From NCBI GenBank assembly GCA_963719085.1, contig CAVRAL010000001.1, positions 704,001-768,000 of the forward strand: a stretch of 64,000 nt of DNA. The letters run 5' to 3'. The notes under the pieces are model-generated. The model had not been told where the DNA came from. It searched no databases and saw only the letters and a list, made by a program, of their open reading frames with translations. Below, piece by piece: positions 29,419 to 39,018 of the stretch (its first letter is position 1; the number at the start of each line of letters is the position of its first letter). The stretch is from a candidate division FCPU426 bacterium (GTDB lineage: Bacteria; Oederibacteriota; Muellerivitia; Muellerivitales; Muellerivitaceae). Position numbers and translations under genes: made by a program.

Positions 29419-30693
29419 TTGGATATTCTAGTTATCGGTAGCGGTGGACGGGAGCACGCCCTATGTTGGGCGCTGGCCAAGTCTAGCCGCAAACCCAAGC
29501 TCTACTGCGCGCCCGGAAACGCCGGGATCGCCGAATTAGCCGAGTGCGTGCCCATTTCCGCCGAGGATATCCCGGGTCTGGTCCACTGGGTTCGAGACCA
29601 TAAACCCAATCTCGTCATGATTGGCCCCGAAGTGCCACTGGCCCTCGGGCTGGCCGATGAACTGCTCAAAGAAAATGTCATGGTGGTCGGACCGGTTAAG
29701 GCTGGGGCCCAAATGGAAGCTAGTAAAGACTTCACTAAGCAACTCTTAATTGAAAACAACATCCCAACGGCCAAGTCCGGCACCTTTATCGATTATGAGA
29801 AGGCCTTGGCTTATCTCCGAGCAGAAGGCGCGCCAATCGTCATCAAGGCTGATGGATTGGCCGCGGGCAAGGGTGTGACGGTTTGCGAGAATCTAGAACA
29901 AGCCGAAGCCGCTTTGAAAGAAGCGATGAAAGATAAGGCCTTCGGCGAAGCCGGCTCCAAAGTGGTGATTGAGGAATTGCTAGTCGGTGAGGAAGCTTCG
30001 GTTTTGGCTTTTGTGGATGGAGAAACAATTGTTCCCATGGTCAGCGCCCAAGATCATAAACGCGTTTTTGACGGGGACAAAGGTCCCAATACGGGCGGCA
30101 TGGGCGCCTATTCACCGGCCCCCGTGGTAACGCCCGAGCTTGAAACTTTGATCCTTGAAACAATTCTTAAGCCAACCGTGGAAGCCCTGAAAAAAAGAGG
30201 AATTGTCTATCGGGGAATTCTTTACGCCGGGTTGATGATGACGGCGCAAGGTCCCAAGGTGATTGAATATAACTGCCGGTTTGGCGATCCTGAAACCCAA
30301 GTCATCTTGCCCAGGCTCAAGACCGACCTCGTTAATATCCTGATGGCGGTTGCCCAGGGAAAACTGTCCCACTTGAAGGTGGAATGGGACATCAGGCCGG
30401 CGGCTTGCGTGGTTTTGGCCTCGGGCGGCTATCCGGGATCTTATGCCAAAGGCAAAGTCATTCATGGCTTAAAAGAAGCCGCTCAAGTGAAGGACTCGGT
30501 GGTTTTTCACTCAGGAACGGCCTTAAAAGACGGGCAGGTGGTTACAGCGGGCGGCCGGGTACTTTGCGTGACCGGCCTGGGAGAAACGATTGAGGTTGCC
30601 ATTCAAAAGGCCTATGAAGCGCTGAAGCCAATCCAGTTTGAAGGGGCCTATTTTCGGCGTGATATCGGCTGGCGGGCCATCGGCAGGAAATGA
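29419..30693 (+). CDS. purD: GAR synthetase
   Basis: GSGGREHA, KADGLAAGKGV, GPNTGGMGAY, EYNCRFGDPE. Confidence 0.97.
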   Translation: MDILVIGSGGREHALCWALAKSSRKPKLYCAPGNAGIAELAECVPISAEDIPGLVHWVRDHKPNLVMIGPEVPLALGLADELLKENVMVVGPVKAGAQMEASKDFTKQLLIENNIPTAKSGTFIDYEKALAYLRAEGAPIVIKADGLAAGKGVTVCENLEQAEAALKEAMKDKAFGEAGSKVVIEELLVGEEASVLAFVDGETIVPMVSAQDHKRVFDGDKGPNTGGMGAYSPAPVVTPELETLILETILKPTVEALKKRGIVYRGILYAGLMMTAQGPKVIEYNCRFGDPETQVILPRLKTDLVNILMAVAQGKLSHLKVEWDIRPAACVVLASGGYPGSYAKGKVIHGLKEAAQVKDSVVFHSGTALKDGQVVTAGGRVLCVTGLGETIEVAIQKAYEALKPIQFEGAYFRRDIGWRAIGRK

Positions 30694-30804
30694 AGATTCA
30701 TGCTGAAAAATCAGCCGTTCTTTGAGAAAATCAGGGTAGGGCTGGTTTAACGAAGCCCAGTTCCGTAAATTGAACCGTCGGTTATCACTGAATGGGGTCC
30801 CAAA

Positions 30805-31461
30805 ATGAGCGGAAAAAAAGCCGAGACGAAGGTTCTGCCTTACTCTCAGCCTAATTTATTACAGCTGGCCGAAGTCCTGCGCAATGGCGGCATTGGCATT
30901 TTCCCGACCGATACCATTTATGATATCGGCTGTTCGGTCAAAAAGCCTGATGCCCTCAAGCGGATTTTCGCGCTCAAAGCCCGCAGTTTAAATCAGTCGC
31001 TTTCCATCCTCATCTCCCGGCCCGAAGTGGCTTTGGAAATCGCTGATTTTCGTGAAAAAGACTTGGATATCCTCAAGAAAATTTGGCCGGGTCCTTGGAC
31101 CTTGATCACTAAAGCCCGGGCGCCTTTGCCGGCCGGAGCCGTGGGTCCGGATGGAACGGTCGCCCTGCGCTGCCCGGATCATGGGATTGCCTTGGAATTA
31201 TTGCGGGATGTGGGGGATACCTTGGCGGTTTCCAGCGCGAATTTTTCCGGCGCCAAAAGCCCGGCCCGGTTTGATGAAATTGATCCTGAGGTCTTGGAAC
31301 AAGTTGATTGCGCTTTGGATGCCGGCGTCTGCCCCTTGGGCGGCGAGACCGCGATCGCCCGTTTTGAGAACAAAAAGCACCGGATTATCCGCACCGGGTG
31401 TGTTTCCAAAGAAGAAGTGGCCCGTATTGAAGTCCTTTTAAACCAGATCAACCGCGACTAA
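30805..31461 (+). CDS. tsaC: Threonylcarbamoyl-AMP synthase (Sua5/YrdC family)
   Basis: FPTDT.Y, LK.R, WPGP.TL, SSAN.SG. Confidence 0.85.
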   Translation: MSGKKAETKVLPYSQPNLLQLAEVLRNGGIGIFPTDTIYDIGCSVKKPDALKRIFALKARSLNQSLSILISRPEVALEIADFREKDLDILKKIWPGPWTLITKARAPLPAGAVGPDGTVALRCPDHGIALELLRDVGDTLAVSSANFSGAKSPARFDEIDPEVLEQVDCALDAGVCPLGGETAIARFENKKHRIIRTGCVSKEEVARIEVLLNQINRD

Positions 31462-31493
31462 ATCCATCCCGTCGGTCTTGGAGGGTACGCCAG

Positions 31494-31943
31494 TTGCCTC
31501 AAAAGATCGTCTTTGTTTGTACGGGAAATACCTGCCGAAGCCCGATGGCCGAAGGATTATTGAGGAAGGCCGCGGGTGAAGGTCAAATCGGCGTGGAAGT
31601 TCAATCCGCGGGATTAGCGGCTTTCCCCGGGCTTCCCGCGACCATGGAAGCGGTGGAAGTTTGCCGGGAAAAGGGCGTGGACCTTTCCGGCCACCAAAGC
31701 CAGCCCCTAGGAAAAGATTTGGTGCTTAACAGCGACTTGATTTTAACCATGACGTCGAAGCATAAAGACATGATCCTGAAAAAAATGCCGGCTTTGGAAG
31801 GTAAAGTTAAACAGTTTTCCGAGTTCGCGGGAGACGGGGTGGTGGATGTGGAGGACCCAATTGGGCGCCCATTGGATGTTTACCGTCAAGTGCGGGATCA
31901 AATTGAGGGATTCATCCAGAAATCCTTGAGCCAATTAAAGTGA
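31494..31943 (+). CDS. Low-molecular-weight protein (arginine) phosphatase, YwlE-like
   Basis: FVCTGNTCRSPMAE, DP.G; between tsaC and rpiB. Confidence 0.88.
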   Translation: MPQKIVFVCTGNTCRSPMAEGLLRKAAGEGQIGVEVQSAGLAAFPGLPATMEAVEVCREKGVDLSGHQSQPLGKDLVLNSDLILTMTSKHKDMILKKMPALEGKVKQFSEFAGDGVVDVEDPIGRPLDVYRQVRDQIEGFIQKSLSQLK

Positions 31944-31956
31944 CGGGGAATCAACC

Positions 31957-32412
31957 ATGAAAATAGCCATAGGCGCCGACCACGCTGGTTTTGAGCTCAA
32001 ACAACGTTTGGTGGAGCATTTGAAAAGCCAAGGCCACCAAGTCCAGGATTTTGGAACCAACTCGTCCGAACCCGCCGATTATCCTGAGTACGCCTTTCCG
32101 GTCGCCGAATCGGTGGCTCACAAGCAAAATGAGCGGGGAATCCTCATTTGCGGAAACGGCATTGGAATGTCGATCGTGGCCAACAAGGTGCCGGGAATCC
32201 GCGCGGCCTTGAGCGTAACGGAAAAAATGGCCAAGGCGACCCGGGAACATAACGACTCGAACATCCTGGTTTTGGCGGGCCGGGATTTACCCGCGGACAG
32301 CAACCTTAAAATCACCGATGTTTGGATGACCACGCCTTTTTCGAACGCGGACCGGCATATTCGCCGGGTGGAAGAAATTAAGGCGATCGAGGATAAACTC
32401 CATGAATCATGA
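31957..32412 (+). CDS. rpiB: Ribose-5-phosphate isomerase B
   Basis: IGADHAG, DYP, CGNGIGMSI.ANK, HNDSN, RH.RR. Confidence 0.95.
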   Translation: MKIAIGADHAGFELKQRLVEHLKSQGHQVQDFGTNSSEPADYPEYAFPVAESVAHKQNERGILICGNGIGMSIVANKVPGIRAALSVTEKMAKATREHNDSNILVLAGRDLPADSNLKITDVWMTTPFSNADRHIRRVEEIKAIEDKLHES

Positions 32413-32830
32413 GGGCCTGATGGGCGCGAAGGTGAAGCGGGCTTTTTTAATCTTAGGAGCGTTGGCCTTGCTGGCGGGTTGCGCGCTTTCGCCGGATGAG
32501 AAGGTCAACCGGGTCCAGATCCTCAAACAACAAGTGCAAAGCTTCGTGAATTCGGCGGTTCAAAAGGATTGGGACGGGCTTTTTCGCTTAACCGATGGAA
32601 GCTTTGATAACGTGGACCATTTCCAATCCTATATGACCCAGCCCTGGGACTCGACCGCGGTCTTAACGGGGGGCAATATCACCTCGTTGGCTTGGGTGAA
32701 CGACACCACAACCAAGGTGAAGGTGAATTGGATTTTCCAGGACGGATCGATCTTAAGCTATTCCAGTGAGACCTTTATCTGGGTCTGGAGCGACGATAAC
32801 TGGAAGCTAAAAGGCCGGAGTTTACGCTGA
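32402..32830 (+). CDS. Hypothetical lipoprotein
   Basis: Lipobox LAGC after hydrophobic stretch; start may be 32420. Confidence 0.6.
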   Translation: MNHEGLMGAKVKRAFLILGALALLAGCALSPDEKVNRVQILKQQVQSFVNSAVQKDWDGLFRLTDGSFDNVDHFQSYMTQPWDSTAVLTGGNITSLAWVNDTTTKVKVNWIFQDGSILSYSSETFIWVWSDDNWKLKGRSLR

Positions 32831-33106
32831 AACGGCCGCGCTAGCGGGGGCTGTGACGGCAGGAGCGCGGCGGGTAACCGGGCGCTTCTGGATCTTGCCG
32901 GAGCGGATACAGCGGGTGCAAACCAAAACGCGCTTGTGCGTTCCGTTGATGACCACCCGGATGACCTGCAGGTTCGGCATTTGACGACGGGTATGAATCC
33001 CGGTCACGTTTAATCCGATACCACCCGACTTCTTCGCCTTACCACGACGGGTGATTTTCCGCGCCTTGATGGGTCCCTTGGAACAAATGTCGCAAACCTG
33101 AGCCAT
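32822..33106 (-). CDS. rpmB: 50S ribosomal protein L28 (Zn-ribbon type, C-terminal extension)
   Basis: CDIC, RRQMPNLQ, VCTRCIRSG; AGGAG RBS. Confidence 0.93.
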   Translation of the reverse strand: MAQVCDICSKGPIKARKITRRGKAKKSGGIGLNVTGIHTRRQMPNLQVIRVVINGTHKRVLVCTRCIRSGKIQKRPVTRRAPAVTAPASAAVSA

Positions 33107-33188
33107 GATGAATCTCTCCTGAAATCTGATCGTTAATTAAAGCCGCTGAAGGCCGGAACTCTTTTTCGTTTTGTCGAAAAGAGCGGTT

Positions 33189-33218
33189 ATTATAGACAAA
33201 GCATTTCAAATTAAACAA
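33189..33218 (-). promoter_or_regulatory. Putative sigma70 promoter of rpmB
   Basis: Minus strand TTGTTT-18 bp-TATAAT. Confidence 0.5.
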
Positions 33219-33285
33219 GCTTTTTTAAGCCGTGAAGGGGTCAAAATGCCCCTTTTTCCCCGCTTAAACGGCCTTCGGAACCCTG

Positions 33286-35703
33286 ATGCCTTCGACCGAT
33301 CCCAAAATTCAAAATCTTTTAAAACCCCTGCGTCTGGAACAAAAAAAGAACTTCAATAATCGCGCGGTCTCCGGCGGGTTGGACCAGTATGTGATGCGGG
33401 GTTTGGATGAACTCTTAAAGCAATATGAAGCGAAGACGCGGGCCGGGCAGTGGCTTGAAAAAACAAAATCCGCCTTTGGCCAGTACATGGCCTTATCCCC
33501 TGAAGAAAGAAAAGAACTGGTCGCGACCACCTTGAGGCGGCTTGAGCAATTGCCCCCGCTGGAGGCGGACGCCAAGCCGGTACCGGTCCCGCCAAACTCG
33601 GTTCCCGCCATGGATTCCGTCCAGGCGCCCGCGGTAGTTTCCGCGCCGGCTTTGGACCAATCCCTCGCTTCTTTTGTGCCGGGGGAAAAGTCGCGGGCCT
33701 TTCAAAGAACAGGGTTAAAAACTGTCCGTGACCTTTTGTCTTACACCCCCAAGTGGGTCCTTCACCGCTCGGTTTTCACCCCCATCGCCCAATGCGTGCG
33801 CCGGGAAGAGCCCTATTTTATCCTGGCGAGGATCAACGGCATTTCCCAGGTCCGCCGGGGCCCCCGTGAAATATTGAAGGTGGCGCTGGAAGATGGCACG
33901 GGTACCTTGATCTGGATTTGGTTCAACAGGCCATACCTTAAAAAAGACCTGACCAACGGGCGGTGGGTGGTTTTGCACACGATGCCGGATGTGTCCAAAT
34001 GGGGAAAACAGGTCGTGGGCCAAGCGGATACTTTTGAGTTTCTGGATGACGAGGAAAAAGAGGCGCTGGAAGCCGGGAAGGTTTTACCGCTTTACTCCAC
34101 CACGCCGACCTTGACCCAGGATTTTTGGCGCGGGCTATTCAATAAGGTTTTGCCCAGGGCTTTGGAGTCGATTCCAAATTTAGTCCGGGAAGCCCAACCG
34201 GGGCAGGCCTTGAGGCTGAGGGATGCCTATGAAAAAATCCACCGGCCCGAAAGTTTGGAATCATTCGAGGCCGCGCGCAAGCGCTTGGCCTTCGAGGAGT
34301 TTTTGATCCTTCAAACCTATTTGATCTTAAAGAAAAATGAGACGGCCCGGCGTGAGAAAAGCCGACAATATGTTTTCGGGGGCGAACGCATTTTAAAGTT
34401 CAGGGAATCCATTCCCTACGAACTGACTAAGGCCCAGAAACGGGTCTTAAAAGAAATCCGCGAGGACTTGGCCAAACCCCATCCCATGAACCGGCTTTTA
34501 CAAGGCGATGTGGGAAGCGGAAAGACCCTGGTCGCGGCCATTACTTTTCTTTACGCCGCCGATTCGGGAATCCAAGGGGCCTTGATGGCGCCCACCGAAA
34601 TTTTGGCCCAACAGCATTTCGAAACGCTTCAAAAATTATTGGAACCGGTGGGTTTCAAGGCCGCGCTGTTAACCAGCGGGATGAAGGTGAAGGAAAAGCG
34701 GGAAGTGTTGGCGGCGATCGCCGAAGGCCGGGTTCATGTGGCGATCGGAACCCACGCGTTGCTTGAAAAAAACGTGGTCTTTAAGAATCTGGGGATTTTG
34801 GTCATCGATGAGCGGCATAAATTCGGGGTGCTTCAAAGGGCGGCCTTGGAAGAAAAAGGCAAGTGGCCCGATGCCCTGATGATGACCGCCACCCCTTTCC
34901 CCCGGGCCTTGATCCTGACCGATTACGGCGACACGGATTTGTCCCTTTTGGATGAGTTTCCCAAGGGCCGGAAGCCCATCGTGACCCAATGGAAGCCCGA
35001 GGCGAAAAAAGAAGAGGTGTATCAGTTCGCCAAGGCCCGAATGGCGAAAGGCGAGCAGGTTTTCTGGGTGTTTCCCGTGGTGGAAGAATCGAAAACCTTT
35101 TTAAAATCAGCGACCCAAATGTATCAGTATTTCGCCAAGGATATCTTTCATGGTTTCCGGGTGGGGCTTTTGCATGGCCGGATGAAAAAAGAGGAAAAGC
35201 AGGAAGTCATGCGGGCCTTTGCCGAACGAAAAATTCAAATTTTGGTCTCAACCACCGTAGTCGAGGTGGGTGTGGATGTGGCCAACGCCACTGTGATGGT
35301 GGTGGAACACGCCGAGCGCTTTGGGCTTGCCCAGCTTCATCAATTGCGTGGCCGGGTGGGCCGGGGCGCGGACCAAGCCTATTGTTTTTTAATGACCTCG
35401 CCTTTGATGTCGGCGGACGCCGTGCAACGGGTTAAAATCATGGTCGCGACCAACGACGGCTTCAAGCTTTCCGAATTTGACTTGAAAATGCGGGGCCCGG
35501 GTGAGATTTTTGGGCTCGCCCAATCCGGCCGCCGGGAAGGCGGCTTGGTGGACCTTAGGCGGGACGTGGAATTGGTCGAGCGGGCAAGGGATCAGGCGGG
35601 GGAAATCCTTCGACAAGATCCTTTGCTTAAAACTGTGGCTAATGAGGAACTGCGTAAAGCGTTGAAAACCCGGTATGATTTTCAACTGGCGCAGATTTCA
35701 TAG
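33286..35703 (+). CDS. recG: ATP-dependent DNA helicase RecG
   Basis: MNRLLQGDVGSGKT, MAPTEILA.QH, QLHQLRGRVGRG, DGF.LSE.DL..RGPG. Confidence 0.95.
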   Translation: MPSTDPKIQNLLKPLRLEQKKNFNNRAVSGGLDQYVMRGLDELLKQYEAKTRAGQWLEKTKSAFGQYMALSPEERKELVATTLRRLEQLPPLEADAKPVPVPPNSVPAMDSVQAPAVVSAPALDQSLASFVPGEKSRAFQRTGLKTVRDLLSYTPKWVLHRSVFTPIAQCVRREEPYFILARINGISQVRRGPREILKVALEDGTGTLIWIWFNRPYLKKDLTNGRWVVLHTMPDVSKWGKQVVGQADTFEFLDDEEKEALEAGKVLPLYSTTPTLTQDFWRGLFNKVLPRALESIPNLVREAQPGQALRLRDAYEKIHRPESLESFEAARKRLAFEEFLILQTYLILKKNETARREKSRQYVFGGERILKFRESIPYELTKAQKRVLKEIREDLAKPHPMNRLLQGDVGSGKTLVAAITFLYAADSGIQGALMAPTEILAQQHFETLQKLLEPVGFKAALLTSGMKVKEKREVLAAIAEGRVHVAIGTHALLEKNVVFKNLGILVIDERHKFGVLQRAALEEKGKWPDALMMTATPFPRALILTDYGDTDLSLLDEFPKGRKPIVTQWKPEAKKEEVYQFAKARMAKGEQVFWVFPVVEESKTFLKSATQMYQYFAKDIFHGFRVGLLHGRMKKEEKQEVMRAFAERKIQILVSTTVVEVGVDVANATVMVVEHAERFGLAQLHQLRGRVGRGADQAYCFLMTSPLMSADAVQRVKIMVATNDGFKLSEFDLKMRGPGEIFGLAQSGRREGGLVDLRRDVELVERARDQAGEILRQDPLLKTVANEELRKALKTRYDFQLAQIS

Positions 35704-35712
35704 GAGTAGCGG

Positions 35713-36285
35713 ATGCGTGTGATCGCGGGAACCTATCGGAGCCGGGAAGTGAAGGCTCCCAAATCGATGAAGATCCGTCCCACCTCGGACAAGGTAAAGG
35801 GCGCGCTTTTTAATATGCTGGAGCCCCTTCGGGATTGTACGGTCGTGGATTTTTATTCCGGCACGGGGAACCTGGGGATTGAAGCGATCAGCCGGGGAGC
35901 CAAACAGGTGGTCTTTGTCGATAACGGCAAGGAGGGCTTGGATCTCATTCGGGAAAACTTGGAGAAACTGAAGATTCCGGTTTCGGGGCAAGGGCCGGCC
36001 CAGATTTTAGCCTTGGAAGCGGGCAAGGCCTTTTACAGCCTGCACCAGCAAAAGCGGACCTTTGATATCGTACTGGCGGACCCTCCTTACGAACCAGGCG
36101 CGCTCAAGCGGGTTCAAAAACTATTGGCCCAGTACCCGATTTTAGCCCCGGGCGGCATTTTGTCGGTGGAGCACGAGGCGCTCGATATGGAATTAGACCC
36201 GGAGTTTCCTTTTCCCTTGGTTCGCCAAAAGAAATACGGCGATACCTTTCTTTCGTTATTTAAAAGCCCGGACACGGTCGCTTGA
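35713..36285 (+). CDS. rsmD: 16S rRNA m2G966 methyltransferase
   Basis: MRVIAG, RPTSDKVK.ALFN, DPPY, KYGDT. Confidence 0.95.
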   Translation: MRVIAGTYRSREVKAPKSMKIRPTSDKVKGALFNMLEPLRDCTVVDFYSGTGNLGIEAISRGAKQVVFVDNGKEGLDLIRENLEKLKIPVSGQGPAQILALEAGKAFYSLHQQKRTFDIVLADPPYEPGALKRVQKLLAQYPILAPGGILSVEHEALDMELDPEFPFPLVRQKKYGDTFLSLFKSPDTVA

Positions 36286-36317
36286 ATGCTAAACTAACAA
36301 GTGACGAGGGCATTGGA

Positions 36318-36405
36318 ACAATGATGAACGCAGATGGACGCCGATTTAAGATATAAAAAAATATATGTTTCAATCAAATCTGCGGCCATCTGCGTTTATC
36401 AATGT
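36318..36405. repeat. Intergenic palindrome family B
   Basis: ACAATGATGAACGCAGATGGACGCCGAT ... ATCTGCGGCCATCTGCGTTTATCAATGT. Confidence 0.85.
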
Positions 36406-36449
36406 AAATAGCCTTGGCTGGAAGTTTTTAATGTTTTGTGAGGTGAAGT

Positions 36450-36968
36450 GTGAGCAAAAAAATAATCGGTCTTTATCCCGGGTCCTTTGACCCCATTACC
36501 AACGGCCATGTGGACATCGCCAAAAGGGCCATGCGGCTTTGCGACGAGTTGCATGTGGCGGTGGTGGGCAACCCTTCCAAAAAGAGCCTTTTCTCGGTTC
36601 AAGAGCGGGTGGAACTTTTAAAAAAGACCGTGGGTAAGATTCCCGGCGTCAAAATTTCATCCTTCAACGGTTTATTGGTCGATTACGCGCGCCAATTAAA
36701 GGCCCAGATCATCTTCCGCGGCTTACGGGCCGTTTCCGATTTCGAGTATGAGTTCCAAATGGCCTTAATCAACCGGGCGCTTCATCCTGAGATTGAAGTC
36801 ATGTTTTTGGTCCCCAGCGAGAAGTATATTTTCCTTTCTTCCAGTTCCATTAAGGAAGTCGCGAAGTTTGGGGGCGAATTGAAGGGGTTTGTTCCGCCGG
36901 AGGTTGAGAAGGCTTTGCGGTCGGCTTTCGGTGGTCCTTCCTTGAAACCCAAGCGCCGACGTTCCTAA
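36450..36968 (+). CDS. coaD: Phosphopantetheine adenylyltransferase
   Basis: YPGSFDPITNGH, RGLRAVSDFEYE, SSS.IKE. Confidence 0.97.
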   Translation: MSKKIIGLYPGSFDPITNGHVDIAKRAMRLCDELHVAVVGNPSKKSLFSVQERVELLKKTVGKIPGVKISSFNGLLVDYARQLKAQIIFRGLRAVSDFEYEFQMALINRALHPEIEVMFLVPSEKYIFLSSSSIKEVAKFGGELKGFVPPEVEKALRSAFGGPSLKPKRRRS

Positions 36969-37023
36969 ATTACCCTGAATAGCTTTAAAGCACGCAACAA
37001 CAAGGCAAAACAGGGGTATTTTC

Positions 37024-37053
37024 TTGACACTTTTAGACGGGGCTCCCTATAAT
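37024..37053 (+). promoter_or_regulatory. sigma70 promoter of yceD-rpmF-plsX-fab operon
   Basis: Consensus TTGACA-18 bp-TATAAT. Confidence 0.75.
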
Positions 37054-37106
37054 CCCCACTGTTTCAGGCCCGGAAATAAGGGCTTTTGTACGGAGGAAGC
37101 GCGTCT

Positions 37107-37628
37107 ATGCTGAAAGTTGAATTGCGCTCTCTTGAAAAAGAAGACCTCGTTTTGGAAGAAGTGGGGCCCGCGAATCAGCTGGGGGTGGAATTGACCCCGG
37201 AACTGTGCCCGGCCCCTTTAGCGATTTACTGCTCTATTTCCAAGACCGGGGATTACATCCTGGCCAAGGGCTGGGTTCAGGGGAAGATGCGTCTGTCTTG
37301 CGACAGGTGTTTGGTGGATTTCGAGAACGGCTACAAATCCTTTTTCGAGTTTCAATACCGCCGGTCGGAAGAGCAGAAGCCGGACGAAGACGAAGTGGAA
37401 CTGTCTTTCTCCGAGACCGAAACCATTTATTATGATGGGGAAATACTCGATATCGCCGACGCGGTCCGGCAGACCGTCCTCCTTTCGGAGCCCATGCGGG
37501 CTCTTTGCCGCGAGGACTGCCGGGGACTTTGCGGAGGATGCGGGGTTAATTTAAATATCGGGGCTTGTGGATGCGGGGAACCGCCGACGGACTCTCGTTG
37601 GGAAGCCCTGAAACAGTTGAAAGTGTAG
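37107..37628 (+). CDS. yceD: YceD/DUF177 family protein
   Basis: CDRCL, LCREDCRGLC..CG.NLN...C.C, DSRW..L; upstream of rpmF. Confidence 0.9.
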   Translation: MLKVELRSLEKEDLVLEEVGPANQLGVELTPELCPAPLAIYCSISKTGDYILAKGWVQGKMRLSCDRCLVDFENGYKSFFEFQYRRSEEQKPDEDEVELSFSETETIYYDGEILDIADAVRQTVLLSEPMRALCREDCRGLCGGCGVNLNIGACGCGEPPTDSRWEALKQLKV

Positions 37629-37752
37629 GGAAGACAGTCAATAAGAGGCTGGCCGGTCCAAAACCCACGGCTCAACGGGTTGGTTGAAGTAAAATTTTGA
37701 ATTCAAGACCATCGGCTTTGGCCTTTTGTCTTTTTAAATCTGGAGGAAATTC

Positions 37753-37935
37753 ATGGCTAATCCTAAACGGCGGCATTCGCGCCAACGCCGGGATAAGCGT
37801 CGCACAAACTGGAAAATCAAAACCAAGTCCTTGTCCGTCTGCCCCCAATGTAAAAGCGCTAAATTGCCCCATCGTGTGTGTCCGACCTGCGGATATTACA
37901 AGGGACAAGAAGTTCTTCACGTTGACATCGCCTAA
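37753..37935 (+). CDS. rpmF: 50S ribosomal protein L32
   Basis: MANPKRRHS, CPQC, PHRVCPTCGYY. Confidence 0.97.
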   Translation: MANPKRRHSRQRRDKRRTNWKIKTKSLSVCPQCKSAKLPHRVCPTCGYYKGQEVLHVDIA

Positions 37936-37947
37936 AGCCACTCAAAA

Positions 37948-39018
37948 ATGACGATCAAAATCGCCCTGGACGCAATGGGTGGGGACGCGGCTCCTCGGGA
38001 AATCGTGAAAGGAGCCGTCATGGCCGTTCAGGACGCTGAAGTCCTGAAGATGGCCAACCACGACCTGGAGATCGTCTTGGTGGGCCGGCAAGAGGATATT
38101 GAACGGGAGCTTTCCAGTCTGGGAAGCTATCCGAAAAAATCCATCTCCATTATCAACGCGCGTGAAGTGGTCGAGATGGGCGAAAGCCCGGCCCAAGCCT
38201 GTAAGCAAAAACGGGATTCCTCAATCGTGCGGTGTTCCGAGCTGGTGAAGCGAAAAGAAGTCGCGGCCTGCGCTTCTGCGGGAAACTCCGGCGCCACCAT
38301 GGCGGCGGCGCTCATGACCTGCGGCCGCATTGACGGAGTTCTCCGGCCCGCGATCACGACGATGGTTCCCAGTATCCAAGGTGTCTCGGTTTTGGTCGAC
38401 GCCGGCGCCAATGTGGATTGCAAAGCCAAACATTTGCTTCAGTTCGCCCTCATGGGCGATGTTTTCGCCCGTACCGTTTTGGGTTTTAAAAATCCCCGGG
38501 TCGGCCTTCTTTCAATCGGCGAGGAAGAAACCAAGGGGAATGAGCTGGTTTTTGAGACCCAAAAATTATTGAAGACGGCGCCGCTGAATTACATCGGCAA
38601 CGTGGAAGGCCGAGATATCGTCAACGGCAATTGCGATGTCACGGTTTGCGACGGTTTTGTGGGCAATGTCACGCTGAAGGCCATCGAAGGCGTGGGCGAG
38701 CTCGTTTACAACTTATTGAAGAAAGAAATGCAGTCGAATCTTTTCTCGCTGGTGGGGGCGCTGTTGGCGTCTTCCGCTTTCCGCCGTTTTAAACGCAGCA
38801 TCGACTATAAAGAATACGGGGGAGCGCCGCTTTTGGGGATTGACGGGATCAGCATGATCAGCCACGGAAAATCAAACGCTTTCGCCATGAAAAACGCCAT
38901 CCGGGCCACCCTGCGGTGCAGCAACAACAACATGAACCAAATTCTTGAGGAGCGCATCCTGAAATACGGTCAAGTCAATGACAAGCCCGAACCCAAGGCG
39001 CCCGGGGCCGGCGCGTGA
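37948..39018 (+). CDS. plsX: Phosphate acyltransferase PlsX
   Basis: IALDAMGGD.AP, DAGANVD, CDGFVGN..LK, GGAPLLG. Confidence 0.96.
   Translation: MTIKIALDAMGGDAAPREIVKGAVMAVQDAEVLKMANHDLEIVLVGRQEDIERELSSLGSYPKKSISIINAREVVEMGESPAQACKQKRDSSIVRCSELVKRKEVAACASAGNSGATMAAALMTCGRIDGVLRPAITTMVPSIQGVSVLVDAGANVDCKAKHLLQFALMGDVFARTVLGFKNPRVGLLSIGEEETKGNELVFETQKLLKTAPLNYIGNVEGRDIVNGNCDVTVCDGFVGNVTLKAIEGVGELVYNLLKKEMQSNLFSLVGALLASSAFRRFKRSIDYKEYGGAPLLGIDGISMISHGKSNAFAMKNAIRATLRCSNNNMNQILEERILKYGQVNDKPEPKAPGAGA

Noticed and set aside
6630..36405. Repeated intergenic sequences as a CRISPR array
   Set aside because: They are dispersed inverted repeats, not tandem direct repeats with spacers; no cas genes
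37640..37730. Possible long hairpin between yceD and rpmF
   Set aside because: Pairing is interrupted and cannot be distinguished from chance without folding or covariation
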